Source: Phaeosaccion multiseriatum (taxonomy: Eukaryota; Protista; Ochrophyta, other classes). Taken from it: 64,000 nt of DNA. Below the pieces are notes generated by a model that was not told the origin of the DNA, searched no databases, and saw only the letters and a program-made list of their open reading frames with translations. Of the stretch, positions 31,741 through 52,199 are shown in pieces. The first letter of the stretch is position 1. Every line of letters starts with the position of its first letter. The translations under genes were made by a program, and so were the position numbers. The stretch spans positions 434,001 to 498,000 of the forward strand of contig OZ218951.1 of NCBI GenBank assembly GCA_965112735.1, given 5' to 3'.

Positions 31741-34700
31741 ATGGCGGAGGGAGAAGGCATACTGACGGTGAAGCACGGCGGCAAGAGCGTGGAGGTCGAG
31801 GTTCCCGAGACGCTGGGGGCGCTGAAGGACAGACTGCACGCGTTATTTGCGGTGCCTTCTGCCCACCAGAAACTAATATATCGGGGCAAAGCGCTTGGAG
31901 GAGGAACAGCTTCAGGCGAGGATGTGCTTCTCTCCGACCTCGGCATCGATAAGCAGCAGCGTAGCAAGCTTCTCCTCGTTGGGAGCACACAGGTGCGCGC
32001 TGAGGTAGAGAGGGGGCGGGGCGAGCGGGGGGGGGAGGAGGGGAAGGCGGGGGTCCCTTCAGAGGCTGCGGGGCATTAGTGGGGGGCTTGATGTGTATCA
32101 TCGATAGGACGTCGTCCTGCTTATGCTGCGTGTCCTTGCTGGCGACAAGTGACCGGAGTTTGGGGAAGGGGTTCCGCCCTATTTGGGCCTCAAGTCGGTC
32201 CGTAGCTACGGCAGTCGGTCAAGCTCATACACGTCTCGCTCTTGCGAACCCGACAGGAGGACGTGGAGGCTCTGGAAGCAGGTCGGGAGGCAGCGCTGGC
32301 AAAGATGGCAGCAGACAGGACCAGACCGCTGGTCATGGACAACGAGGCCGGGCCCGGGGGGGCGGGGGGCGTGCCCAAGGGTTACAAGAAGATTCCTCTT
32401 GGCGCCGGAAGGGGGGGAGGGGGCAGCAAGTACCGCTTCGGACGCATAGAGACCCTCCCCGGGCTGCCCGAGGAGGACAAAGCTCGGGCCATCCTGGAGG
32501 GGCTCGCCAACGATCCGGGCATTCTCGCGGGTTCGTACAGTACAGTAGAGGGTGTCAGGCCTGGCTGGTGGGTGTTTGCAAGGGCTGGGGCAGGAAGGCG
32601 AGCACAGCACTGCAAAACAGGACAGGCCCATTCAGGCCCATTGTGTTGTACGTCGTTCTGTGCTGAGCTCCAATGAGTGGCGTGAAATGATATGGCGTGC
32701 ACTGCCCCCCTGACCTTGTGCTGGCCCCGTATCACCCCCAAAAAGGCAAAGGCAGGCCCTCAGCGCCCTTCCGCTCCCCTCCCTCCCTCTCTCCCTGCCC
32801 CACCCTCCCATGCCCTTGACCTAAGCAGTGCTGGAGCTGCACAAGTGGAGCGTGGGTGCCCTCTGCGAGTTGCCCCCCGAGGGCAAGGTGGGGGTGAGCG
32901 AGCGGTGCATCATGGGGCTCAACGAGAACTTCGGTCAGAGGATCCTGCTGAGGCTCAGGACCGACGACATGCAGGGCTTCCGTAAGGCGCTGTCCATCAA
33001 GAAAGTACTCTATCACGAGTAAGTCACTGAAGAGCTGAAGAGGGGAGGGAGTGCCCAGTGGGTTTTGTGATGGGGGCGGATGGCGCTGGAGGGGTAAAGG
33101 TGGAGGGACGGGAGAGGTAGACGCATCGTCTTCTCTCATCTTCGCTTCTCCCGGTGCTCGCATCCCCCACCTTGCCTCTCAATCTCTCTCCTCCCTTCCT
33201 TCCCTCTCTTTCTCTCTCTCTCTTCTTTCCCGCTACCCCTTGTCCGTCCCTTTCAACCCCCTAAAGGCTCGCCCACAACGAGGTAGGACCCCACAACGAC
33301 GCCTTCTACATTCTCATGCGCCAAGTAGAGAGGGAAGCAAACGCCTCTGACTGGACCCAAAGCAGGGGCAAGTCTGTCTCGGCAAGCAGGGCCGTATACC
33401 GAGACGAAGAGCGCATGGCCAATGGACCCTACGTGCTTGTCAAAGAGGCCTTTGAGGGAGGCTCCGGGCGCTTGGGAGGCGAGAGCAGCGGCCTCACTGC
33501 TCTTGTGCCTGCAAGGGACTTGGCAGCGACGGCGGCGATGGGGCGGTTGAGCGCGGAGGAGATGGAGGTGGAGGAGGGGTGCGGGTGCTCGTCAGGAAGG
33601 TTACGGGGGGGGGGGGCGAGCGTGATGGAGCAGGAGGAGGAGGAGGAGAAGGGGCACGAGGAGGAGCAAGAGGAGGGGGGTGTGGTACTGGCAGGAGAGG
33701 AGAGCATGGCACTGGAGCAGCCCGAGCCACCTCAGCAGGCAAGCGACCAGAGCAGGATAGGGGGAAGCAATCCGCTCACGGGGGCGGAGGAGGTTCGAAG
33801 GGAAGACGAGGCGGAGGGGATGGATGCGATGATGGCAGAGGCATCGCTGGGGGTTCTGCCGTCTTTACCATCGCAGTCTCTTCAAGCGCCACCAGCAGCG
33901 CCGTCACCACCACCGGTAGCTTCAGGGGTATCGGAGGAAAAGCAGCAGCTGGGTATAGTACATCAGCAGGAGAGAGAGAGGGAAGAGGAGGAGGAGAAAG
34001 AGAGGAAGAGGGAGGAGGAGGAGGAGGAGGAAGAGAGAAGGAAGAAGAAGGAGGAGGACGAGGAGAGAGCGGCAGCTCTCTCGCAGCTGCTGGCGATGGG
34101 CTTCGACAGACCCGCGGCAGAGGCGGCCCTGGTGCGCTGCTCGGGAAGGGCAGAGGAAGCCATCGAGTGGCTCCTCACAGGGGGTGGAGGGGGGTGGGGG
34201 GCGAGGAGGGCACAGAAGCAGTAGCCCCAGGAGCCCCAGGAGGAGGAGGGCTGTCCCCCCCTGCGCACACACCTTCGCCTATGGACGTGGACGCTTCTCC
34301 TCCTGCTGTTGCTATACCACCAACTGCCGTAGCTGCTGTACCTTCCTCCCCTGAGGAGCGCGTACGGATGGCTGCGGCGGCTCTGGCGTGTGACGCGGAG
34401 GCCTCCCGAGCCCGCTTGGCGCTGGACACGTTGTCAAGCATGATGGGGGCCATCCTCGCTGAGCCCAAGGAGCAGAGGTTCAGGAGAGTGGTGAGTGAGT
34501 CTAGTGAGGCTGTGGGAGTGGTGTGGGGGGGGGGACGAGAGCGGCATCTCGTGTGATATTGATACATGTTTTATGTATTGTTTGTTTATTTCATGAAGGT
34601 ACAGTAGTTGTGGTGCAAGGTGGGGGCGTGGATCGTTATTCGCCTTCGTTCCACTCTCCCCTGCCCACCCCCCTCTCTTTTTCTCTTGTCTCTCCACTCA

Positions 34701-35046
34701 CGTGCGCGCACACACACATACGCACTTCCTCTCCCTCCCTCTCTCTCTATGCCTTTCTTTGACTCTTGTCTCTCCACTCCATCTCTCCTTGTCCCCCCCC
34801 CCTCTCCGATCCATCGGCCGACCCCCCCCCCCCTCCAAACACACCACCCCCCCCTCCTCTCTGCAGCGACTGCAAAACAAACGCGTGGTGTCCGCCCTGG
34901 GCTTTCGGCCCGAGGGCTTTGAGACCCTCCGCGCCGCCGGCTTCCAGGAGAGAGGCGGGGAGATGGTGCTGACGCGCAATGACTTGGGGCTGCTGTGGCT
35001 GGCCAAGAGCATCGTTGACTCACATCGGACATGGGCAGCGAGCTGA
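31741..35046 (+). CDS. Wss1-like WLM metalloprotease with UBL, UBA and PUB domains (spliced)
   Basis: UBL (HQKLIYRGK). WLM (LANDPGI, GLNENFGQRILLRLRTDD, YHE|LAHN...H restored across an intron). UBA (LLAMGF...AIEWLL). PUB (EPKEQRFRRV...LRAAGF...RNDLGLLWL). Apparent frameshift in G-runs near 34180-34200. Confidence 0.85.
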
Positions 35047-35938
35047 CGAGGGGAGCCTCTTGGAGCGCCTTTGTAGAAGGGCCTGGTGAAGTGTGTATTG
35101 TATTGTTATTGTACATGTATGTATGTGGCGTGAAGAAGTGCTGCTACCCGCACTGAGGTGCTGTGTGTGTCCGTCGTGAATGAATTTTGGTGTGGCGAAG
35201 CTCGGAGCAAGCTGAGCGAGGAGAGCGGAGCGGACGAGCGAGAGGAGAGGCGGTGTCACTGCGGAGATTGGCATGGAGCCCGCATGCTTGCACCTCGAAT
35301 CTCGTTAGAGAGGAGAGACTCAAAGGCAAAGCAATCAAGGGAGAGGAGAGACTCACAGAAGCCAAAGCAATCGAGGGAGAGGAGAGTGGGCTCGGTGTGG
35401 CAAGGTCGGGTGCCGCGGCTCGGTGAGCGAGCGGGAAGCCGCCAACCTCCTCGCTTGAAGTACCCTTGGCTGCACGTGCCATGAAGAGCGGGACGCGATC
35501 GCGGCACGAGTCAGGAGTCACAAGTGCCACAGGCCAAGCCATCGAATCCAGTGAATTAGTCGGCTTTGGCTCACTCGGGGCTGAGGACGCGCAACGAAAA
35601 GAGAGAGCTTGCTGTGCTCTAGATGAGATGAAAATTCGAATGTATTTACCCTTCGTCTCTTATTCTCGCACTGCCCTGTTACTCCTCCGCGAATACGTGT
35701 GTGCGTGAGACACTTCCTGCTTGCACCCGAGCCTCCCAATCCAAGTCCCTGAAGCGGTGCAGCCCTCCACCCCCTCAGTCCAGCATCCCCTTCCTCCCTG
35801 CTGTGAGGCTGTTCCCGTACCTCCTCACCCCATGCCGCGGCGCCTGCCCAACCCGCCCTCATCGAACCAAAATGAAACGCCAAATGAAACGCCGCCCCTT
35901 ACGTCTCTCTCCTAACACCCTAGCTCAAGGACGCATGC

Positions 35939-36223
35939 TGCGGAATCTCATGGGCAGCTGCACCTCGTCCCCCACACGAAGGGCCTTCCTCTTCTTGGCT
36001 GCACGGCGGCGGCTTGGGCTGCTGCTGCCCCTGGCCTGAGGCTCCCTGTCCACGAGTAGCGGTGGCGCGCTGCTTCCTCGCTCCTCGCGGCCATCGCGGT
36101 GGGGAAGGGAAGGCTTTCTTTAGCGCCGCCTCTCTCCTCGGCCTCCTCCTCCCTGCCGATGCTTGTGATGCTTGTGATGCCTCTTGCGCATGTCGCTGCA
36201 CTTCCCTCCCTGCTGCGGGTACT
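35939..36223 (+). repeat. Dispersed repeat of about 280 bp, copy 1
   Basis: Near-identical to 47431-47704, same orientation. Confidence 0.9.
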
Positions 36224-36673
36224 TATCACACCCTTCCACTCGACAGCGCTTGAGCTGGGCCCCACACACAAGCCTCCTTTCCTCGCATGCTTGCCATAGC
36301 CCTCTCCCCCCTTACTGTGGGGGCATGAGGGGCCCAAGGAGTATGAGGACTGACGGAAGAAGACACAACGGACACCAGCGACAGCAAGAGCAGCAGCAGT
36401 TTGTCGACGGCAGGCAGACAGCGCAGGACAAAAGGACATCAGCGCTGCACTCCAGCACCACTCCTCCCACACCTTGACCCTCCCCTCGCCATCCTCCAGT
36501 GGTGCCACTCCCTCCTCCTCACCTCCTTTCTTCCAGGCTGCACCCTCCTCGCACGTCACCCCTCTCTCTCATCCTACTGCCCTCCTCACCACTCGCTACC
36601 CACCACCCACTACTCTCCTTCCACCTCTTTCTATTGACCTTCCCCCCTCCCTCCCGCCCACTCTCCATGGCCT

Positions 36674-36714
<41 letters not shown>

Positions 36715-37848
36715 CCCATAGTCAGCACTCACCTCAAGCGCACTCACACCGAGTCCATAACCTCTTAAACAAACGCCGCAGCCCTGCACAGAGCGGAAGC
36801 GCTCCCCACCATGTGGAGTGGAGCACACAAACACAAAGCCCTTCTCGCACGCCCAGCCAGAGGCCCCGCAGACAAGCAGGAAGGGCACGGTGTGGGTCCA
36901 AGCTCCAAGCTCAAGCTCCAAGCTCAAGCTCGAGGCCAAAGCTTTTTGGTCAGAGAATCGGGGCTGAAGCCGTCGCCCCGGCCAAAGTTTGTGCCCTTTC
37001 AGTTAACGAGCGGAGAAATCTCCTCATAGGAAACTGCCACCAAATAAGACACTGAGGGCAGGAGGGACTGCGTCAAGCACCTTCTAGTCGAGTCGTCAAG
37101 CACCTTCTAGCCGAGTCCTTTCCGGAGGGATCAACAGTGAACTCGAAGGAGGACCGTGTCCGCGCCCAACGCCAGTCACAGGGGAAGAGCACCATCACCA
37201 TGTACTGCTGCTGTGTCACCAACTGCTGCTGTTTCTGCCGCCGCCGATCCCTGCCTTGTCCCTTCAGCGTCAGCCTCATACTCCGGCGTTGGTGGACCCA
37301 CTGCTGCTGATAGGTGAGCCCCGTCTGCCTGCGTTGCGGCACCTGAGCGAGCAGCTCGAAGGTCCAACGGAGTCTCCTTCTCGCTCACCTCCATAACAGA
37401 ATATTCCAGGCCATCTGTAGTAGGTCGGGCGTCTCCCTGCTTCCATCCGCCCTCCTGCAGACCCAACAAAGAGGGAAGAAGGTCCCCATAAAGAGGGTGA
37501 AGTGGATGTCGCTTGACGCCTCGATGCCTCGGGGCAAGCCAAGCGACAAATCGACTCCCGCAGGTTACCTCGATCACCTCTGTCGATCATCTCTGTCACC
37601 GAGGACCGCAAGCGGCGGCAGTACACGTACTTTTTGCTTGGAAGGCGTGATTTGCCTGTTTGCCGTACTGATGCACCGCCGCTGGGAGGAGGATGTGGTG
37701 CGAAAGGCACACACACACACGCATACCACGTCCATCTGCGAAGCGTAGCCCCTCGCGCGAGGAGTCGCTCCGTGGCTTGATGCTTGATGAGTGAATCACC
37801 ACTCCGTCCACTGCCGCCGCCCAGCTTTACCTCACCTACCCCGCGCGA

Positions 37849-38422
37849 TCAAAAGTGGATGAGCTTGAGACCGAAGATGGCCACAAGTACAACTAGCTCG
37901 GCAATGGCCGTGGGGACGTTGGTCAGGGCCACAATATACCACAGGGAGCGGTAGTCCCACTCCGCCGTGATGAACTGACAAATGGCCACGGCCCCGAAGA
38001 AGTGGAAGGCCGTTTGCAGGAGGTTGACCACGGAGATGAAGATGGAGAAGCCCACCAGCATGGACACAAAGTCCAGTGCAAAGCACACTAGCGCCATGGA
38101 TAGAGCGCTCTGGGTGGGTAGAGGGTAGAGGACAAAGGCAAAAGATCAGGAGGAGGGAATGATGACTACAGTGGGGCTTGCGCCCAGGGAACCCCACCCC
38201 CTCCCCGCAGTGTATACGTGGTGCATGAGTTCACTAGTGCGTCTGTCCTTCTCTCACCTGCATCTGCGTCTTCGCGGCCTCCACGGCGTCCTTGGAGGCG
38301 TCCTCGCCCAGCGTGCCGTAGACGTTGGTTTGCATGCTGTCGAACACCAGCAGCGTGCCTATCAGGTGGCCCAAGGTCACGAGGAAGCGCGCCGGGATGA
38401 CGGTGTGGTCGACCCGCGCCAT
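37849..38422 (-). CDS. TMEM107: Transmembrane protein 107 (ciliary transition zone); intron 38257-38110
   Basis: VIPARFLVTLGHL...GFSIF...HFFGAV...FI...W...LWYI...PTAIAE matches the TMEM107 pattern. A GT-AG intron joins the two exons in frame. Confidence 0.8.
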
Positions 38423-39103
38423 TGCTCGGCAGGGCCCACTCTCAGGCGGTGCTGCAGTTCTTTCTTACGGGGAGCAAGAGTGGGGGATGGGCCTTCTGTC
38501 CCTGGGGGATAGAAGGTGCCAACGCTTCTCGGCTTCTTCACTTCTTCTCTCTCCAGACCTCGTCAGCAGCCGAACCTCCACATTGGAGTCGTGTGAGACA
38601 AACAAGTGACCCCTTGCCCGTGCCTAGAGCTCATTAAATTACGGAAAAAAACAGGTGAACAAACGCCCCGGGCCGGCCTTGAATTCGTTGCCTTACCACC
38701 GCGACGGAATTCAAACCTTTTCTCCAGCGACTTGTAAGAGAGAAAGGAACGCACGGCGAACGCGAAGACGCAAAGAGAGTCCGGCACCACGATCGAGAGA
38801 TCCTTTTTGGCATATTCAATCTCCACGAAGAAAGGCGGGCGTGGAGAGGCCCGGCGTAAGGTCAAAGGCTCTCGTCCTCCTTCCCTCTCACATGCCCTTC
38901 CATCGCTCCTCCTTCCTTGGATAGGGGCAGGGCCAACAAAGCCAGGAGGGAGGGACGCAGCAGGGGTAGTTAGAATTGGGTGGCAGTTGTCGTAGCCAGG
39001 CAAAGACGCCTTGTAGAGGGGAACGGTTGAAATCAGCAGGGGGGAGGCGAGGAGGCAAGGAGGGGGTGAACGACGAGCGCCTTGGGGCCAACAATAAGTG
39101 GCC

Positions 39104-47139
<8,036 letters not shown>

Positions 47140-47192
47140 AGGGGAGGCATATGGGCAGGCAGGCAGGCAGGCAGACAGACAGACAGACAGAC

Positions 47193-47237
<45 letters not shown>

Positions 47238-47430
47238 GGCAGACAGACAGACAGGCAGACAGACAGACAGGCAGACAGGCAGAGAGGCCGGGAGGGGTTG
47301 GGCGCTAGGATCAATGTACGTGTATGTCCCCTCGAGTTGAGCAGGTGGGGTGATTGAGGAACAGTAAAGCCAACGTAAGTCTTTTCTACTTTGTACTTCG
47401 TAGTAGTACACTGTATTAATTCCTTTGTCA

Positions 47431-47704
47431 TGCGGAATCTCATGGGCAGCCGCACCTCGTCCCCAACACGAAGGGCCTTCCTCTTCTTGGCTGCACGACG
47501 GCGGCTGGGCTGCTGCTGCCCCTGGCCTGAGGCTCCCTGTCCACGAGTAGCGGTGGCGCGCTGCTTCCTCGCTCCTCGCGGCCATCGCGGTGGGGAAGGG
47601 AAGGCTTTCTTTAGCGCCGCCTCTCTCCTCGGCCTCCTCCTCCCTGCCGATGCTTGTGATGCTTGTGATGCCTCTTGCGCACTTCCCTCCCTGCTGCGGG
47701 TACT
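47431..47704 (+). repeat. Dispersed repeat of about 280 bp, copy 2
   Basis: Near-identical to 35939-36223 apart from small indels. Confidence 0.9.
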
Positions 47705-48010
47705 CAGCTCCAGAGGCCTCCGGAGCTGCCCCCTCCCGCTCGAGAGACTCTCATTCCCATCCGATACACTGTACAGGCATTGAGAGCATTGCTCAAGCGG
47801 TAGACAATGACGCATAGCATAGCTGACAAATCGCGCGAGCTTCGATTACTGCTTAATTTACTGACGTCTGTAACTGCTGTGGCATTTCTCCGACACACAG
47901 AAACCTCTGCCTGGTCTCGCCTCTTCGCCACTTCGCACACACAAGTGCATCACTCGATCGATCGTGAGCTGTCCTGTCTCTCTTGCTTTGCCGCTTGGTC
48001 CACCTTCCTC

Positions 48011-51000
48011 TCATATCCAGCAGGCCCCCTTGCAGCGACACGTCCCGCCGCTCAGGGCACAGCTCTCCCTCTTTGCCGTCAAGAAAAGCACTCGCACGAA
48101 CTGCCGTGTGTCGTTGTGGTTGTGGTTGACCATGGCGAAGGACCGGCTATAGACAATGTCCGCAGACTTGGGGGGTGTGATTGGGGGGCTCTCGTCATTG
48201 TCCACCACCGTCAGACCCTGCAGAGAGTCGGGCAACTCGCCCAAGGGGTGCACGTAGCTGCTCCCCAGGGTCAGGAACTGGAGGCATACGGGACGGATGG
48301 AGGGAGCATTCACAAAGAATGCATGTGAGCCAAGGCCAAGGCAGAGAGAGAGAAGAGAGAGGCAGGTAGGTCGGTGCAGGGTACCCGCCCCCCCCCCCCA
48401 AACATCTGCACAGGAGGACCACCCCTGGGGATGGACACATTCACAGGTAGGTACGCAATGGGCAGTCTTCACTCAGCCGCCACCACCACTGAACACCACC
48501 CCCCCCCTGTTGCCTCTCCCCCAACTGCTTCGCTCCCCCCGCCTCTCCATGCTCTCGTTACCTTGAGGCTGGACACGAGAGGCCCGAGGGGGCGACTGAA
48601 GTCCGCAATGAGAGGGAAGGAGAGCTCTTCTAAGCCCTCGCGCAGCCTCGGCAGCGGCCGATCGAAGGAGCGGCCCAGCCGGAGCACGCGCAAGTTACTC
48701 TTTCGTCTATAGGGGGGGGGTTGTTGACACGGCGTTGACACGGTATACGGTGCCAGGTTAGGAGAGACTCGCAACGGATACAGAGAACGCACGCACGCAC
48801 ACACGCACACGTGCAGACAGGCACAGGCCAGGGGCTTGGAGGAAGGACATGCAGAACGCTTCGGATGAACACAGGAACACGGGTGGTGAAACGGCTCGCT
48901 GGGCTGGCCAGGGGCATTTCATAGCCGGCAGCGCCATGCCATCACCTCGGGGCCTTCCTTCTTCCACAAGCGCAATGGGAACCACCGCTTAGTCAGCCCC
49001 CAAGTCCCGGCCATGGTCTCCTGCCATCACCTGCCATCCCGCTCCCGTCCCCTTGCCCACGCGCTCTGTGGAATCAAGCACCCCCCCGACGTGCACTTGC
49101 CCTTGCGCTTGCCCTTGCTCTTACCCGCTTCTGCTGTGGTAGAAGAAGGTGTCATCTGGCGGCCAGGAAATGGTGCTGTTGAAGTTGTCCCCCACCGTGA
49201 GAGAGCGCAACGAAGACACAAGCTCCAAAGGATGGTTGAAGGTGTGGCCTAGCCGAAGCGTCTCAAGACAGGGGGGCAGCAGGGGCAGAGGGAAGTTGAA
49301 GCCGCACCGAGGGGCGAAGATGAGCTCCCTTAGACCGGCGATCCTGCTGCCCGATAGCAGCCCTCCAGGGGGGTACTCCAGGGGCAGCGGACGGCGATAG
49401 GCTGGGGGTGGGGGAGGGTGGACAGCGAAGACAAAGTTGGATTGGACAATGGACCGGACGGTAGGTGCACAGAGCAGCAGAGAGAGGAGCACGGGGCGTC
49501 AAGACGCTGTTAGACCACGGATGCCCAAGGAAGGGATGCCCAAGGAAGGGCTCTTGAGGGGCTCTGGACCGCCCTGGAGGCAGCGCTATGAGCCGTGCAT
49601 CAGCCTCAGGGAGTTTCTCAGGGAGGGAGGGCGGAGGGCGTGGAACAGATGAGTCTGAGTGAGGGCCTCACGCTCCACTCGCATCGAGGGCCGTTCTGCA
49701 ATTCAGAACCCGTCCGTCCTTGTGCGGAAGGCAATTCAGCACCCTTCCTTTGCGCAGAAGCGTTTTCTTCCTCCCTTCAAGTGTCCCTCACCTGCCCCGA
49801 GTCGAAGGCTCCGCAACCCCGCGGGGAGCGTGTCTCTGTCGAGAGAAGAGTTGAAACCGTCACCGAGAGTCACTGATGCGTGCAGAAAAGAAGGAGCGTG
49901 GGGGGGGGGGGGGGCGTGTCTGTCTGTAAGGGGCGGGGTTGTCTGTCTGTAAATCTGGGGTGTCAGGACACATTGGGGCCATTCCCAAGCACAACTTGCT
50001 TGACTGAACGCGCCTGATTCAGACAAAAGTGTTCTGTTCTCCTTTCACTCACAATGCTGGAGAGAGGACGGCAGACATCCCGCGACGTTGCCATTGAAGT
50101 GGTTACTGTACGTCACGCTCAAGAGCCCCTCTGGGAGCTCGAGGAACGGCTGACTGAAGCCCTGTACATTGCAAGAGAGGAGAGGAACAAGAGAGGCCGT
50201 CGAGGGAGGGGCGGGGCGGGCGGTGAGCGGGTCTGATGATTGCATACCCGCCGTGTGTGCAATGCGGCAAGCGCAACAAGCACAGCCATCATTACCTTTA
50301 GGAAGCAGATGTGTGTGACTGTGTCGGGCAGCTGGCACGTCTTGAAGTGCGAAAAGTACATGTCCGTCGCCACGTGCGTCACGCTCTTGGGCAAGCAGCG
50401 CAGCAGCGTGTTCACCGCGAACCTCGTCCTCAGCACGCCCCCTCCGGCTGTGCTAAAGCCCGTGAGCCTTACACGGGAGATGGGGAAGTATCGAGGCGTG
50501 TCCTTCATCTTGTTCCTCTTGCTCTTCTTGCTCTTGCTTTTGTTCAGCGGTGTTGCCTTTGCCTTGCCCTTTGCCTTGCTCGTGCTCTTACTCTTGCCCC
50601 TTTTCCTCTTTCGCCCCCTCCCTCGCCCCTGCTCGCCCTCTGTCTCCTCCCCCTCCCCCTCCCCTACCTCCTCATCCTCCTCCTCCTGCTGCTGCTGCTG
50701 TCCCTGCTGCTGTCCCTCCTGCTTCCCCCCCCCCACCCCCTCCTCCTCCTCCTCCTCCTCCTCGACCCCTTGCCCCCTGCACTCCTCATCCTCCACGAGG
50801 GCCTCAAACGCTGAGCAGCGCCGGAGAGCCCCATCCATGAGATCCTCAGATGGCGTACCGTGTTCGACCCTCACTGCTCGGGGCAGGTACCGGTCCAACG
50901 CCTTGCACACGCCCCACAGCGCCCGGTTTGTGGGGCCGTCGCTGTTCAGAGCCACAGCGGACAGGACGCTTACGCGCTTACTGTGGGAAAGGGTGGCAGC

Positions 51001-51924
51001 GACTGGCGTCTCCGCTGCTGCTGCTGCTGCTTGTGGTGCTTTTACCGCTGCTGCTGCTTTTGCTTCTGCCGCTACTCCTCTCGCTCTTCTTGTTCTTCTT
51101 GCTGCTCTTGCTGCAGCTTGCGTTGCTGCTGTTGTCGCTTCTGCCGCTGCCTCACCAACTGCTCCTACTTCGGCTGCTGGTGCCATTGCTGCTGCTACTG
51201 CTGCTAGTGCTGCTTCTGGTGTCGCCACTACTACCATCCCTGCCGCTGCCTCCGCCGCTGCTGCTGCCGCCGCCGCCACTGCTGCTGCCGCTGTAGCTCC
51301 TCCTCCTGCTGCTGGCGGTGCCATGTCATCATGCCCTCCCCACCCTTCCACGATGCCCCTAATCTCCAACACGCAGCAGCGGAGGAGGCCTCCCGTACCC
51401 CCCAAGATGGCCGTATTGAGCCGCCACCGCAGAGCGCTGTACAAGTGCTTAAGCACAATGACAGTCTGCGGAAGGCGCAGGCGCGACTGTCGCAACAGCT
51501 GGGCAGCCTGCTGGCGCATTCGGGCCTCCACAGCCGAATCACTGATGGCTGCCTCGCTTCCGTTTCCGTTTCTGACAATGGCTCTCTCTGCATCCAGCGC
51601 CGCGCTCTCCTCCTGGGCGTAGTGTGTCGCCGCCGTCGCCATCCCCGCCACGCCGCCCCCCTCCCCTGCTGCCCCCGCTGTCCCTTGAGCTACTGCTTCC
51701 TCCCCGCTGTCCGCCGTCGGACTGCTACCCGCCCCCCCCTTCCCCGCCTCGCTCCTCTCCCTCTGCCACTCCCTGACCTCCTCCAGCCCTAATCGCATGA
51801 CGAGTCTGTCTAACACGCACACGGCGGCCCCGCTCAGCTCGTCGAGGAGGTCTAGGCGCATGCGTTGCTGAGCGATGAGGCGCGCGCCACAGCTAATCTT
51901 TTTCTTCATCAGAGGCAGAACCAC
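48011..51924 (-). CDS. Spliced FNIP-repeat protein with low-complexity N-terminal region
   Basis: Successive exons encode LPKSVTHV, LPEGLLSVTYSNHFN, TLGDGFNSSL..LPAGLRSLRLG, LPPCLETLRLGHTFNHPL, LRLGRSFDRPL and LTLGSSYVHPLGELPDSL. Ends are approximate. Confidence 0.7.
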
Positions 51925-52199
51925 CGTCTGGTGCCATCGTGCAATCGTGTATCATGGTTTGGGAGTTGTGCGAGATTTTGAGCAAAGAGAATACGGTAGG
52001 ATTAATCGACCAATCCATCAATCAATCACCATCGCACAGAGACAATAAAAGTGAACGCACCACGCACTGTGTCCTTTTGTGCGTTTTCCACCAAAGCAGG
52101 AGGAGCTGCTCAACACTCAAGACGTTTCAAGTCAAGTCAAGTCCAGTCCAGTCAAGCCCTCCGACACAGTAGATACAAGTGTTGGAAAAGATGAATGAA

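Noticed and set aside
37073-37750. Possible minus-strand gene fragments downstream of TMEM107
   Set aside because: Coding-like but no recognisable motif or consistent exon chain.
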